A stretch of 64,000 bases of DNA, taken from assembly GCA_047285805.1 (NCBI GenBank), contig JBJBCN010000003.1:544001-608000 (forward strand), written 5' to 3'. Position 1 is the first letter of the stretch, and every line of letters starts with the position of its first letter. The notes beneath the pieces were generated by a model. It saw only the letters and a list, made by a program, of their open reading frames with translations, made no database searches and was not told where the DNA came from. This DNA is from Synechococcus sp. GTDB lineage: Bacteria > Cyanobacteriota > Cyanobacteriia > PCC-6307 > Cyanobiaceae. Made by a program: the position numbers and the translations under genes. Positions 54,466-63,938 of the stretch are shown one piece after another.

Positions 54466-55049
54466 GCCATCAGCCTGGCGCGCTCGGCCGGGGTGTTCGC
54501 ATTGATCAGCGGCTGGGCTGGGAGCACTACAGCTTGATGGGGGATGGTGGCGAGCCAGGCATGCCAGCGCCGCTCCCCGTTGGCCAGCACTTCGGCCAGC
54601 CCGTTGTGTTGCCCGGCTCCACCGGGATAGATCCCCATCAGGGGCTGCAGCCGCACCCCGTCATGGGCCACGGCAGCTTGGCTGGGTAAGAGCCTCCACT
54701 GTGCAATAAGGGATTCCAGCGTGCTTCGGTTTAGCTGGGGCATGTCCACCGGTGTGACCAGAAGGGCGCTGTCGCTGTCCCTGGGAAGAACCAGCTGCAA
54801 GGCGTGCAGGGGGCCTTGGGCGGGTGCGGGCTCTAGGGCCAGCGCAACCCGCTCGAGCTCGGCGATCAGGTCGGCATGGCTGCTGTGTTGGCTGCAGACC
54901 GCCACGGAGGAGCAGACCTGGCTCAACAGTGCAGCCGTATGGGACAGCCAGCTCCCGCCGTTGGGGTGTGGGAGAGCGGCTTTGTCATGGCCCATCCGCC
55001 GGCTGGCACCGCCGCAGAGCACTGCTCCCTGGAGCCGTATCGGAGTCAT
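54462..55049 (-). CDS. mobA: Molybdenum cofactor guanylyltransferase
   Basis: LCGGASRRMGHDKA, GPL, VDMP, QPL and NANTP motifs. Confidence 0.93.
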   Translation of the reverse strand: MTPIRLQGAVLCGGASRRMGHDKAALPHPNGGSWLSHTAALLSQVCSSVAVCSQHSSHADLIAELERVALALEPAPAQGPLHALQLVLPRDSDSALLVTPVDMPQLNRSTLESLIAQWRLLPSQAAVAHDGVRLQPLMGIYPGGAGQHNGLAEVLANGERRWHAWLATIPHQAVVLPAQPLINANTPAERARLMA

Positions 55050-55084
55050 CGCTGCACGATGTAGCCCCAGGAACCCCATTAAAC

Positions 55085-55098
55085 GTCGCTGTTGCTAC
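55085..55098. promoter_or_regulatory. Imperfect NtcA box upstream of mobA
   Basis: GTCGCTGTTGCTAC (GTA-N8-GAC on the minus strand). Confidence 0.4.
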
Positions 55099-55195
55099 AA
55101 AACAGGTCTTGAACTGCTGTCTGCGGGATAAGTGATAAGCGCCGTTAATTCTCCTTATTAGAGGGCGATCTGCTTTGCGCTCGAGTTGTGCTTTG

Positions 55196-55209
55196 GTAGC
55201 TGTCGTTAC
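55196..55209. promoter_or_regulatory. NtcA box upstream of nrtP
   Basis: GTAGCTGTCGTTAC = GTA-N8-TAC, with an AT-rich -10-like element about 24 nt downstream. Confidence 0.8.
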
Positions 55210-55316
55210 CCGAGTCTCTGGGTGGCGAGTGGTCAAATTTATTCAGCGCTTAATGCGCTTCTCCCTGGTCGCTGCTTTTTTGAAGGCCTGGGCTTGTCCC
55301 ACTGTCCCTGTCCTCC

Positions 55317-56870
55317 ATGCTTAGCGATCTTTGGTCGCTCCAGGGGAGATATCGCACTCTTCATCTCACCTGGTTCGCCTTCTTCCTGACGTTCGTCGTC
55401 TGGTTCAATCTTGCTCCTCTAGCGACAACCGTTAAGGCCGACCTTGGCCTTGACCTGGGTCAAATTCGTACGGTTGCGATCTGCAACGTCGCTCTCACCA
55501 TTCCCGCTCGCGTGCTTATTGGCATGCTTCTGGACAAGTTCGGTCCCCGTAAGACTTACTCGGCCATTCTTGTTTTCTCGGTAATCCCGTGTTTGCTGTT
55601 TGCATCAGCACAGGACTTCAACCAGTTGGTGGTTGCTCGCCTACTGCTCTCCATCGTTGGTGCCGGATTCGTGATCGGTATCCGCATGGTGGCTGAGTGG
55701 TTCCCGCCGAAAGAGATCGGCCTTGCTGAAGGGATCTACGGCGGTTGGGGCAACTTTGGCTCGGCCTTCTCTGCACTGACTCTGGTTGGTCTGGCTGGCT
55801 TCCTCTCCTTCTCCGGCGGCTTCGAGCTCCCGACTGGTGCCATCTTGAATTGGCGTGGAGCGATTGCCCTAACCGGCATCATTTCGGCCGTCTACGGGGT
55901 GATCTACTTCTTTAACGTTACCGACACTCCCCCCGGTAAGACCTACCAAAAGCCTGCCAAGACTGCCGGTCTTGAGGTGACCTCCATGAGGGACTTCTGG
56001 GGCCTGCTTGGAATGAATGTTCCCTTCGCGGCCATTCTCTGTGTACTCTGCTGGCGCTTGCAAAAAGTTGGTTTCCTGAACGCCGGCACTTATCCCCTGG
56101 CGCTCCTGGCGGTTCTTGTTTGGTTTGGATTCCAGACTTGGGGCATTATTCGCACCAACCGCGACCTGATCAACGGCATTAAGCAATACCCCAAGGAAGA
56201 CCGCTACGAGTTCAAGCAGGTCGCCATTCTGGAGCTCACCTACATTGTGAACTTCGGATCTGAGCTGGCCGTTGTCTCCATGCTGCCCACATTCTTCGAG
56301 ACTACATTTGATCTTCCGAAGGCAACCGCTGGCATCCTGGCTTCCTGTTTTGCCTTCGTGAACTTGGTTGCTCGCCCTGGTGGCGGCCTGATTTCCGATA
56401 AGCTCGGCAGCCGCAAAAACACCATGGCCTTCCTCACCGGAGGCCTGGGTATCGGATATTTGATAATGAGCATGATCAAGCCCGGCACGTTCTCCGGTTC
56501 CATGGGCATCACCGTCGCGGTTTTGATCACGATGCTCGCCTCGTTCTTCGTCCAGGCTGGTGAAGGCGCCACCTTCGCGCTGGTGCCCCTGGTCAAGAAG
56601 CGCGTCACAGGTCAGATCGCAGGTCTGGTTGGCGCCTACGGCAACGTTGGTGCAGTGACTTACCTCACTATCTTCAGCCTGCTGCCGATGTGGATGGGTG
56701 GCGGCAAGGATCCCTCTGCCGAGATCGTTGCTTCCTCCAACAGCGCCTTCTTCCAGATCCTTGGGATTGCCGGATTGATCGTCGCTTTCCTCTGCTTCTT
56801 CTTCCTTAAGGAGCCCAAAGGTTCCTTCTCTGAAGAGCACGCTGACGAGAAGCTGCTCGTCAACGCTTAA
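55317..56870 (+). CDS. nrtP: MFS nitrate/nitrite transporter NrtP
   Basis: NNP-family signatures (GGWGNFG, GAYGNVG, ARP.GG) and position upstream of narB. Confidence 0.95.
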   Translation: MLSDLWSLQGRYRTLHLTWFAFFLTFVVWFNLAPLATTVKADLGLDLGQIRTVAICNVALTIPARVLIGMLLDKFGPRKTYSAILVFSVIPCLLFASAQDFNQLVVARLLLSIVGAGFVIGIRMVAEWFPPKEIGLAEGIYGGWGNFGSAFSALTLVGLAGFLSFSGGFELPTGAILNWRGAIALTGIISAVYGVIYFFNVTDTPPGKTYQKPAKTAGLEVTSMRDFWGLLGMNVPFAAILCVLCWRLQKVGFLNAGTYPLALLAVLVWFGFQTWGIIRTNRDLINGIKQYPKEDRYEFKQVAILELTYIVNFGSELAVVSMLPTFFETTFDLPKATAGILASCFAFVNLVARPGGGLISDKLGSRKNTMAFLTGGLGIGYLIMSMIKPGTFSGSMGITVAVLITMLASFFVQAGEGATFALVPLVKKRVTGQIAGLVGAYGNVGAVTYLTIFSLLPMWMGGGKDPSAEIVASSNSAFFQILGIAGLIVAFLCFFFLKEPKGSFSEEHADEKLLVNA

Positions 56871-56950
56871 TCCACCCCAACCAAGGGGTCTGTTCGGGGT
56901 GGCCATGGTGAGCCGCCCCTTTTTCATTTGACGCTGTTTCGGTTGTGGTG

Positions 56951-59173
56951 ATGGCCTCCGGCAACGTGCGCAGCCAATGCCCCTACTGCGGGGTGGGCTG
57001 TGGTCTTGAGCTGATTCCACCGGCCTTGCCCGGCCAGGCGGTCAAGCGTGATGCCGAGGGCAATCCCATGTGGACGGCTCGGGGTGATCGCCAGCATCCC
57101 TCGAGCCTGGGCCAGGTCTGCATCAAGGGGGCGACCGTTGGCGAGACCTTGTGCCGGGGGCGGCTTCGTGAGCCCCTCTACCGCGCCAGCCTGGACGACC
57201 CGTTTCAACCCATCACTTGGGAGCAGGCGATGGACCTGCTGGTGGGCCGCATCCGCAGCACCTTGGCTACCAAGGGCCCCGATGCGATTGCGATGTATGG
57301 ATCGGGCCAGTTCCACACCGAGGACTACTACCTGGCTCAGAAGCTGTTGAAAGGTGCCCTGGGCACGAACAACTTCGATGCCAACTCGCGCCTGTGCATG
57401 AGCTCCGCGGTGGCGGGCTACACCCGCAGCCTGGGCTCCGATGGCCCCCCAGCGTGTTACGAGGATTTGGACCACTGCACGGTGGCCTTCCTGATCGGGA
57501 CCAACACCGCGGAATGCCACCCGGTGCTGTTTCAGCGCCTCTTGAAACGCAAAAAGCGCAATCCCGGCAGCGTGAAGATCGTCGTGGTCGATCCCCGCTT
57601 AACGGAGACCGCGAAGGCTGCGGATGTGCATTTGCCCATCGCTCCTGGTACGGACCTGGCGTTGCTCCACGGCCTTGCCCATCTAGTCCTTCGCGAAAAC
57701 GGCCAGGACCCAGCGTTCATAGACGATCACACCGACAACTACAAGGCCTTCTTTGATTTGGCGGCCCGCTGGACGCCGCGCAAAGTTGCTCGGTTCTGCA
57801 ACATTCCAGAAAAGCGGCTGCGGGAGGTGGCGGAGCTCTTTCACCGCCGTGAGCGCGTGCTCAGCCTGTGGTCGATGGGGGTCAACCAGCGGCGCGAAGG
57901 CACCGCGGTGGTGGGTGGTCTGATCAACCTGCATTTGCTGACCGCTCAGATCGGCAAGGAGGGTGCAGGTCCCTTTTCACTGACGGGCCAGCCGAATGCC
58001 ATGGGTGGACGCGAGGCCGGGGGCTTAGCCCATCTCCTGCCGGGCTACCGCTTTGTGACCAACCCTCAGCACCGCCAGGAGATTGAACAGGCCTGGAAGT
58101 TCCCAGCAGGACACATCGCGGCGGTCCCCGGCTTGGCGGCCTGGCAACAGGTTGAGGCGATGGAGCGGGGTGAGCTGGATTTGTGGTGGGTGGCCGCCAC
58201 CAACCCTTTGGTGAGCATGCCGGACCTCGACCGGGTCAAGGCCGCGATGCGGTGCTGTCCTTTGGTGGTGGTCAGCGACGCCTACGCCGATACCGAAACC
58301 TCCCACTACGCGCACCTTGTTCTGCCCGCTTCCCAATGGAGTGAAAAGGCTGGGGCGATGACCAATTCGGAGCGTCGGGTGACTTACTGCCCGGCCTACC
58401 GGCCCCGCCATGGCGAGAGCCGCCCGGATTGGGAGGTGTTTGCCGAGCTGGGTCGGCGTTTGGGTTTTGAGGAGCAATTCAGCTACGCCTCTGCTGCTGA
58501 GGTGTATGCGGAATTCAGTCAGCTCACGGCAGGCCGTCTCTGTGATGTCTCCGGTCTCAGTCACGCCTTGTTGGAGGAGGCGGGCCCGCAGCAATGGCCC
58601 TTCCCTGCGGGGGCGTCAGCCAGCGGTGAGGCCAAGCGGCTCTACAGCGACTATCAATTCGCAACGCCTTCGGGCCGTGCCCGCTTCTGCACGGATCAAC
58701 CCATGGGTCTTGCGGAGCCCCCCTGCGAGACCTACCCGTTCGTGCTCACCGTGGGCCGGTATCTCGGACACTGGCACACGATGACCCGCACGGGGAAGGT
58801 CGAGCGGTTGCAGACCATGCACCCAAAGCCCCTGTTGGAGGTGCATCCGCAAGATGCCCTAGAGCTGCAGTTGAGGGATGGGGAGCTCGCCGCCGTGAGC
58901 TCCCGCCGCGGACACATCACGGCGACTGTGAAGGTGACCGATCGCATTCGCCGGGGCTCCGTGTTTCTGCCGATGCATTGGGGATTCACCCAGGAGAATG
59001 CCTGTGAGGCCAACACCTTGATGCACGATCAGGCCTGCCCCGTCTCTAAGCAGCCCGAACTCAAGGCCTGCGCTGTGATCGTGGCTCCAGCGGTGTCGGT
59101 GGTGAAGCCGCTCGAGCAGGAGGCCGGCCGGCTCGATGCGCTCCGCCGCTGGTTTACGCCAGCACTTCGCTGA
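56951..59173 (+). CDS. narB: Ferredoxin-nitrate reductase
   Basis: CPYCGVGC...C [4Fe-4S] motif, NSRLCMSSA, TGQPNAMGGRE and SKQPELK. Confidence 0.97.
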   Translation: MASGNVRSQCPYCGVGCGLELIPPALPGQAVKRDAEGNPMWTARGDRQHPSSLGQVCIKGATVGETLCRGRLREPLYRASLDDPFQPITWEQAMDLLVGRIRSTLATKGPDAIAMYGSGQFHTEDYYLAQKLLKGALGTNNFDANSRLCMSSAVAGYTRSLGSDGPPACYEDLDHCTVAFLIGTNTAECHPVLFQRLLKRKKRNPGSVKIVVVDPRLTETAKAADVHLPIAPGTDLALLHGLAHLVLRENGQDPAFIDDHTDNYKAFFDLAARWTPRKVARFCNIPEKRLREVAELFHRRERVLSLWSMGVNQRREGTAVVGGLINLHLLTAQIGKEGAGPFSLTGQPNAMGGREAGGLAHLLPGYRFVTNPQHRQEIEQAWKFPAGHIAAVPGLAAWQQVEAMERGELDLWWVAATNPLVSMPDLDRVKAAMRCCPLVVVSDAYADTETSHYAHLVLPASQWSEKAGAMTNSERRVTYCPAYRPRHGESRPDWEVFAELGRRLGFEEQFSYASAAEVYAEFSQLTAGRLCDVSGLSHALLEEAGPQQWPFPAGASASGEAKRLYSDYQFATPSGRARFCTDQPMGLAEPPCETYPFVLTVGRYLGHWHTMTRTGKVERLQTMHPKPLLEVHPQDALELQLRDGELAAVSSRRGHITATVKVTDRIRRGSVFLPMHWGFTQENACEANTLMHDQACPVSKQPELKACAVIVAPAVSVVKPLEQEAGRLDALRRWFTPALR

Positions 59174-59702
59174 AGGCCGCCTCCAGGTTGTGGTGGTCAT
59201 GCCCTGGCCGCGCCAGCTTGCAGAGGGCAAAGCGCTCGAGCTCGTTGAGGGCCGACCACTCCTCAGGCTGAAGGGTGATGCCGCGGGTCTCGGCCGCGGC
59301 GGTAAGGAGCTCGGGAATCACGAGAGGGTTCTGCCAGGCCTCCTCGTTTGATATTGGCAGCGTTTTGGCCTGACCATCGGCCATGGACTCGGTGCACGTC
59401 AGCAGGTGTTTGCGCAGTTGATCCAGGTCCTCCGGCGTGTCCCTCCAGTCGACGAGGTTCTGCCGTTGCGTTTGGTTCAGGGCCAGCCAGTGGTTGAGCT
59501 TGAGCTTGACGCCACAGAGATCTAGCTTGCGGCGCACGCAGAGGGGAATGCAGCGCCAATTGCCGATGAAATCGCTTTCGAAGTCGAAGCAATGGCTTGC
59601 CGAGAGGGCCTCAGAGGTCACGGCTGGACGTGGTTCTAGTAGTGATTTTGACGCTTCTGAGGATTGCTGGCAGTGGGGTGAACGGTTTGGTGTCAACGGC
59701 AC
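59154..59702 (-). CDS. narM: Nitrate reductase-associated protein NarM
   Basis: FESDF...RCIPL.VRRKLD..GVKLKL and RFALCKL.RPGH motifs; start may be 59621. Confidence 0.88.
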   Translation of the reverse strand: MPLTPNRSPHCQQSSEASKSLLEPRPAVTSEALSASHCFDFESDFIGNWRCIPLCVRRKLDLCGVKLKLNHWLALNQTQRQNLVDWRDTPEDLDQLRKHLLTCTESMADGQAKTLPISNEEAWQNPLVIPELLTAAAETRGITLQPEEWSALNELERFALCKLARPGHDHHNLEAAFSEVLA

Positions 59703-59942
59703 CCAAATGCGTCCGTTGATCTCTTCAAACTTTGTACATCCGATTGCTCAGCTATGCGTCTCGCCGTTGTTCTTGGGGTTCTGCTGGGTGGCTCCCACGG
59801 CTGGCTGAGTAGCGATCGCTTGTTGGCCGGTTCGGCCGCGTGGTCCGTCGCGCCCGCTGCTTCTACAACGTTTTGGACCGGTTCAGCTGGCGATGGCTGG
59901 CTGGCGTTCCCATAGTGGTTGGGTTGAATCTCTTCTGCCGTC

Positions 59943-60140
59943 ATGGCAACCAAAACTGGAGTTGCGGCTCAGGGCCGCCATCCCTTGACCATCGCCACGG
60001 GTTTCTTGGGGGCCTTTGTTGTTGCGTCCTTGGGCGTTCAGCTCATCCGTAGCGCGTCCGTCTCAACCGCCGCACCTGCATCAGTGCAGCCCGTGATTGC
60101 CGGTCAAGCCGCGATGTGGCAAGTCCTGGGCCAACGCTGA
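59943..60140 (+). CDS. Small hypothetical membrane protein in the nitrate cluster
   Basis: 65-aa ORF with one TM helix (IATGFLGAFVVASLGVQL). Confidence 0.65.
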   Translation: MATKTGVAAQGRHPLTIATGFLGAFVVASLGVQLIRSASVSTAAPASVQPVIAGQAAMWQVLGQR

Positions 60141-60149
60141 GTTCGCTTC

Positions 60150-61214
60150 TCAACCCATCTCCTGGCGGAGCCGTTGGAGATGGGTCATGGCGGCCCCTGC
60201 GCTCAGCAATTCCCGGCAACGCTCAAGTCCGTTGGTTTGGGTGCTTTCGAGGCCGGCCTGCCAGAGGTAGGTGCCGGCATTCCAGACCAGGGCAGTTGCG
60301 AAGTCCCCTTGCCCGCCAAGGGCGGCCACGGCTTGGTTGCTCCAGGTCTCCAGTCCTTCCCAAAGAGGATCCGCCCCGTAGCAGGCGTTGTCCCTGGGAT
60401 GAAGGATTTGACGTCCCTCGTCCGTGGGGCGGGGTCGCCCGGTGACGCAAGCCCGGCTGATGGGTAGATCGGTGCTTCCTTCAAGGCCTTTCACGGTGAG
60501 TACGTTGGTTTCGCCGGCGAGATCGAGTGCTTTCCAGGCCCGCGCTTCGGTTGGTGGGTGCACAAAGCCACTGACCAGAAGATGCTCGCCTTGGTGCGCA
60601 GTCCAGAGCAGTTCCAGGCTCGCGAGTGGGGGGCGCTTGCCGAGGTCCTCTCGATAGGGAATCAGGGATTCCGCGTCGGGCAGGTGATCTGGTTGATGCA
60701 CCAGGGCTAGATCGCAGCACTGGAGCTTCTCTTGCACCCATGCAACGCTGCGGCCGGCTAGTTGGAGTCCCAGAGCGGAGAAGAGCTCCATGGCCGTGAT
60801 GCCGTACTTCACCGGAATCCGACCCGCCCCTTGCAGGACTACAGGAAGTCCGGCGGTGGCGAGCACCAGGGCGGTCAGGGGATAAATCGGGGCCGTTCGG
60901 GTCCGCCCGTCGAATGGCATGCCGAAGCTGATGGCTGGCTTCTCGGTCCTGAGTTGAGGGCCACGCTGGCGGTAAACATCGAGCATCCCGGTGAGTTCCT
61001 GGGGCTCGGGTCGGCGGATGCGGTGGGCGATCAGGAAGGCGCCGATTTGGGCCGGACTGGCCGCTCCGTCGAGCATGAGCTCGAGGGCATGGGCGGCCTC
61101 TTCCCGGCTGAGGCCACTGCTGGTGTGCTCGCCGCTGCCCACCTTCTGCAGATAGGTCTTGAACGTTGCTCGGCCTTGGGAGGTGCTGTCGGCGACGGGT
61201 GCGGCGATGCTCAT
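60150..61214 (-). CDS. Anthranilate phosphoribosyltransferase-like (glycosyltransferase family 3) protein, CnaT-like
   Basis: KVGSGEHT, QIGAFLIAHRI, DGRTRT, GFVHPPT and KGLEG motifs; located in the nitrogen cluster. Confidence 0.85.
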   Translation of the reverse strand: MSIAAPVADSTSQGRATFKTYLQKVGSGEHTSSGLSREEAAHALELMLDGAASPAQIGAFLIAHRIRRPEPQELTGMLDVYRQRGPQLRTEKPAISFGMPFDGRTRTAPIYPLTALVLATAGLPVVLQGAGRIPVKYGITAMELFSALGLQLAGRSVAWVQEKLQCCDLALVHQPDHLPDAESLIPYREDLGKRPPLASLELLWTAHQGEHLLVSGFVHPPTEARAWKALDLAGETNVLTVKGLEGSTDLPISRACVTGRPRPTDEGRQILHPRDNACYGADPLWEGLETWSNQAVAALGGQGDFATALVWNAGTYLWQAGLESTQTNGLERCRELLSAGAAMTHLQRLRQEMG

Positions 61215-61265
61215 GCCGACAGGGGAACACTGATTCGATTTTCTGCCTCAGCAGGCCCGGTTCCG

Positions 61266-61279
61266 GTAGCAGCGGCTAC
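61266..61279. promoter_or_regulatory. NtcA box between the cnaT-like gene and cynS
   Basis: GTAGCAGCGGCTAC = GTA-N8-TAC with extended palindrome. Confidence 0.8.
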
Positions 61280-61407
61280 CAAGCGGTTCCTGGCTCCGTA
61301 GCAATGGCTGCGCTGCGCGTGCGTAACTGCGGCGATTCTTGTTGATGAACGGATGGTAGATCGCACTCCATTCTGTTCACTCTTCTCATCGCTATTGGCC
61401 TGTCTCC

Positions 61408-61890
61408 ATGACGGTTGCTCCCGTATCTATGCCTTCATTGGCTGCTCCTTCTCCAGCCACCATCACTGCCACATTGATGGCAGCGAAGAAGGCTAAAGGC
61501 CTGAGCTTTTCCGACCTTGAGTCCGCGCTGGGTCGTGACGAGGTTTGGATTGCTTCGTTGTTCTACGGCCAGTCCACTGCGTCGTCCGAAGAGGCTCAAA
61601 AGCTCGCCGAGCTCTTGAGTCTTGATCACGCCATTGCCGAGGCCCTGCAGGAATTTCCGACTAAGGGTGGCCTGGATCCCGTGATGCCCACCGATCCTTT
61701 GATCTATCGCTTCTACGAGATCATGCAGGTTTACGGGATGGCCCTCAAGGACGTTATTCAAGAGAAGTTTGGTGATGGAATTATGAGTGCTATCGACTTC
61801 ACTCTGGATGTCGACAAAGTTGAAGATCCCGCTGGTGACCGCGTCAAGGTGACGATGTGTGGCAAATTCCTTCCTTATAAAAAGTGGTGA
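61408..61890 (+). CDS. cynS: Cyanate hydratase (cyanase)
   Basis: [24 protein letters not shown] and GKFLPY motifs. Confidence 0.97.
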   Translation: MTVAPVSMPSLAAPSPATITATLMAAKKAKGLSFSDLESALGRDEVWIASLFYGQSTASSEEAQKLAELLSLDHAIAEALQEFPTKGGLDPVMPTDPLIYRFYEIMQVYGMALKDVIQEKFGDGIMSAIDFTLDVDKVEDPAGDRVKVTMCGKFLPYKKW

Positions 61891-61905
61891 TTTGATATCC
61901 CATGC

Positions 61906-61932
61906 AAAAGCCCCCGAATGGGGGCTTTTTTT
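61906..61932. terminator. Bidirectional terminator between cynS and the HEAT-repeat gene
   Basis: AAAAGCCCCC-GAAT-GGGGGCTTTTTTT. Confidence 0.88.
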
Positions 61933-61956
61933 AACGTCACCTGTGAACCTGACGCG

Positions 61957-62742
61957 TTAAGTGCCCATGGCTTGCTCAATCCAAACGCGATGCCTGACCT
62001 GGGCTTTTAGCTGACGCTCAAGCGCTTCTTCCAGCATGGTGCCGGCCAGTTGGCTCCTGAGTGCCATCAAATGTTTGCAGCTCTCGAGGCTGCCAATGCA
62101 GCCAAGGGCTTGCAGGGCTGTTTCGGCTACGCCTGGCAGGGCGTCGTCGCTGATGCAGCGGCTAATCGCTTCGAGAACCGTGGGTTCGTTGCGGCGCTGC
62201 AGCAGCTTGAGCGTCGCAATGACGATGTCGGCGCGGAAATCTTGGAGTAACGGGGCCGTCAGCCGAAGCATTTCGCTGGCTTCGAGGCTGCGGTTGCGGA
62301 AGGTCAGCAGCGTGAGTCCGGCGAGGCGATGGCTTTGGCCTGGGGCACGCAGTGCGTCTTGGATGATCTCGAAATCGATCAGGTTTCCCCAACACCCAAG
62401 AGCCTCGAGCACCTCTGGTTCCAGGTCGCCGGCATTCGGGAGCCAAGCCAAGAGTTGCTCGCAGGCTTGGGGGTGATGACAGATGCCAAGGGCGCGGATC
62501 AGCGGTTTCGTGATGCCCTGCGATTGACATAGGGGGAGAATCCAAGCAATGGCCTCGGGTCCGGCCATCCCCAAGCGCTCAGCGAGGCTTAGGGCAAGAG
62601 ATGGATCACAGACCCGAGGCAGAAAGTCACTGAGTTCTTCCAGGGAAAGGGGCTGTCGCCGCCAGCGTCCTAGCCGCTCGCTTAAAGCAGCTTCTTCATG
62701 GGGTGAAAGAAGGGTGGACACAGGGGCGACAGCAGTTGCCAT
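61957..62742 (-). CDS. HEAT-repeat protein of the nitrite assimilation operon
   Basis: Repeated ALG helical motifs (IRALG, LEALG, LQALG); starts 3 nt after the focA stop. Confidence 0.75.
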   Translation of the reverse strand: MATAVAPVSTLLSPHEEAALSERLGRWRRQPLSLEELSDFLPRVCDPSLALSLAERLGMAGPEAIAWILPLCQSQGITKPLIRALGICHHPQACEQLLAWLPNAGDLEPEVLEALGCWGNLIDFEIIQDALRAPGQSHRLAGLTLLTFRNRSLEASEMLRLTAPLLQDFRADIVIATLKLLQRRNEPTVLEAISRCISDDALPGVAETALQALGCIGSLESCKHLMALRSQLAGTMLEEALERQLKAQVRHRVWIEQAMGT

Positions 62743-62745
62743 GGA

Positions 62746-63633
62746 TCAGCGAGCCCCCAGTTCGGCAGCCAATTCGCGCTCCAGTTTCTCGTCGTGCTGA
62801 GTCGGCAGGACGTTGGACACCTTGGTGCGATGGGTGCTGTAGAAGAGCATGCCGATGAATACCATTCCGCCCACGATGTTGCCGAGGGTCACCGGCAGGA
62901 AGTTCCAGAAAATCACTTTTGTGTAAGGAACGCCTGAGCCCAGGATGGGACCTGCGGTGTGAAGGAATTGATTCACAACGATGTGCTCCATGCCCATCGA
63001 TTGGAAGGCCGTGATGGGGAGCCAGCAAGCCAGGATTTTGCCGGGCACGCTCTTGCTCACCAGGGCCATGGTCACGCCGAGGCAGACCAGCCAGTTAGCC
63101 ACCAGGCCGCGCAGGAAGGCAAGGAAGAAGCCCATGCTTCCCAGGGCCTCGTACTTCTTCTCAACGTTGATCACGTTCAGGGCCATGATCTTCTGTGCAA
63201 CCGCATCCCAGATCGGCGGTCCGACATTGTCAGCGGCACCATTCATGGTGCCGCTGGTGAGGCTGATCGCCATGATCAGAGCCACAACTGCGGTGCCAAG
63301 CCAGTTTCCAACCCACACCCAGGCCCAGTTCCGGAAGGTGGAGCCCCAGGTGCTTTTGCCGGCCCAGGTGGCCATCGGTAGCAAGGCGAAGTTGCCCGTT
63401 ACCAATTCCATTCCGAACAGCACGATGCTGGCGAAGCCGAAGGGGAAGAGCAGTGAACCCACGAAAGGTGCTTTCACGGTGATGCCCACCGTGAGAGCCA
63501 AAATCACAGCCAGGCCAAGAATGGCGCCGGAGTAAAAGCCACGGATCAGCAGGTTTTTAACGCTGACCGTTGATTTCTTGCCGCCGGCGGCAATCATGCC
63601 GTCGACGAGCTCATTTGGAAGGACGTAATCCAT
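62746..63633 (-). CDS. focA: Formate/nitrite transporter family protein (FocA/NitM)
   Basis: LFPFG, ELVTGN, GNWLG, NWLVC, MEHIVVN and PVTLGNIVGG motifs. Confidence 0.93.
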   Translation of the reverse strand: MDYVLPNELVDGMIAAGGKKSTVSVKNLLIRGFYSGAILGLAVILALTVGITVKAPFVGSLLFPFGFASIVLFGMELVTGNFALLPMATWAGKSTWGSTFRNWAWVWVGNWLGTAVVALIMAISLTSGTMNGAADNVGPPIWDAVAQKIMALNVINVEKKYEALGSMGFFLAFLRGLVANWLVCLGVTMALVSKSVPGKILACWLPITAFQSMGMEHIVVNQFLHTAGPILGSGVPYTKVIFWNFLPVTLGNIVGGMVFIGMLFYSTHRTKVSNVLPTQHDEKLERELAAELGAR

Positions 63634-63687
63634 TGAGTTGGTTGCGCGCTCTAAGTGCGCTCAGGGGAGTGCAGGTGGGTGGTGTGA

Positions 63688-63837
63688 TCAACCGCTGATG
63701 CGGTTCATAAAGCGGGAGACGATGTCTTGGTTGCCGTTAGGTCGGTAGACCGGGGTTTTGTCATCGCCACTGCTGCTGATCCAATTGACCAAGCGAGAGA
63801 AAAGGTCTTGCTTCGCTTTATTTGAAGTTGAAGTCAT
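63688..63837 (-). CDS. 49-aa microprotein with an internal repeat
   Basis: MTSTSNKAKQDLFSRLVNWISSSGDDKTPVYRPNGNQDIVSRFMNRISG; translated by hand; co-oriented between nirA and focA. Confidence 0.7.
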   Translation of the reverse strand: MTSTSNKAKQDLFSRLVNWISSSGDDKTPVYRPNGNQDIVSRFMNRISG

Positions 63838-63938
63838 GTTGAGGGTTTAGTTGTCATCGAGCGGAGTCAGGCTTCAAAAGAAAAGAGCACCTGAATGCGT
63901 CAAGATGACGGTTTGGTTGTGATGACAACGGTCGTTAT

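Noticed and set aside
59754..59915. 53-aa + strand ORF MRLAVVLGVLLGG...
   Set aside because: Hydrophobic N-terminus only, with no RBS, terminator or motif support; it lies in a probable divergent promoter region, so it was left uncalled.
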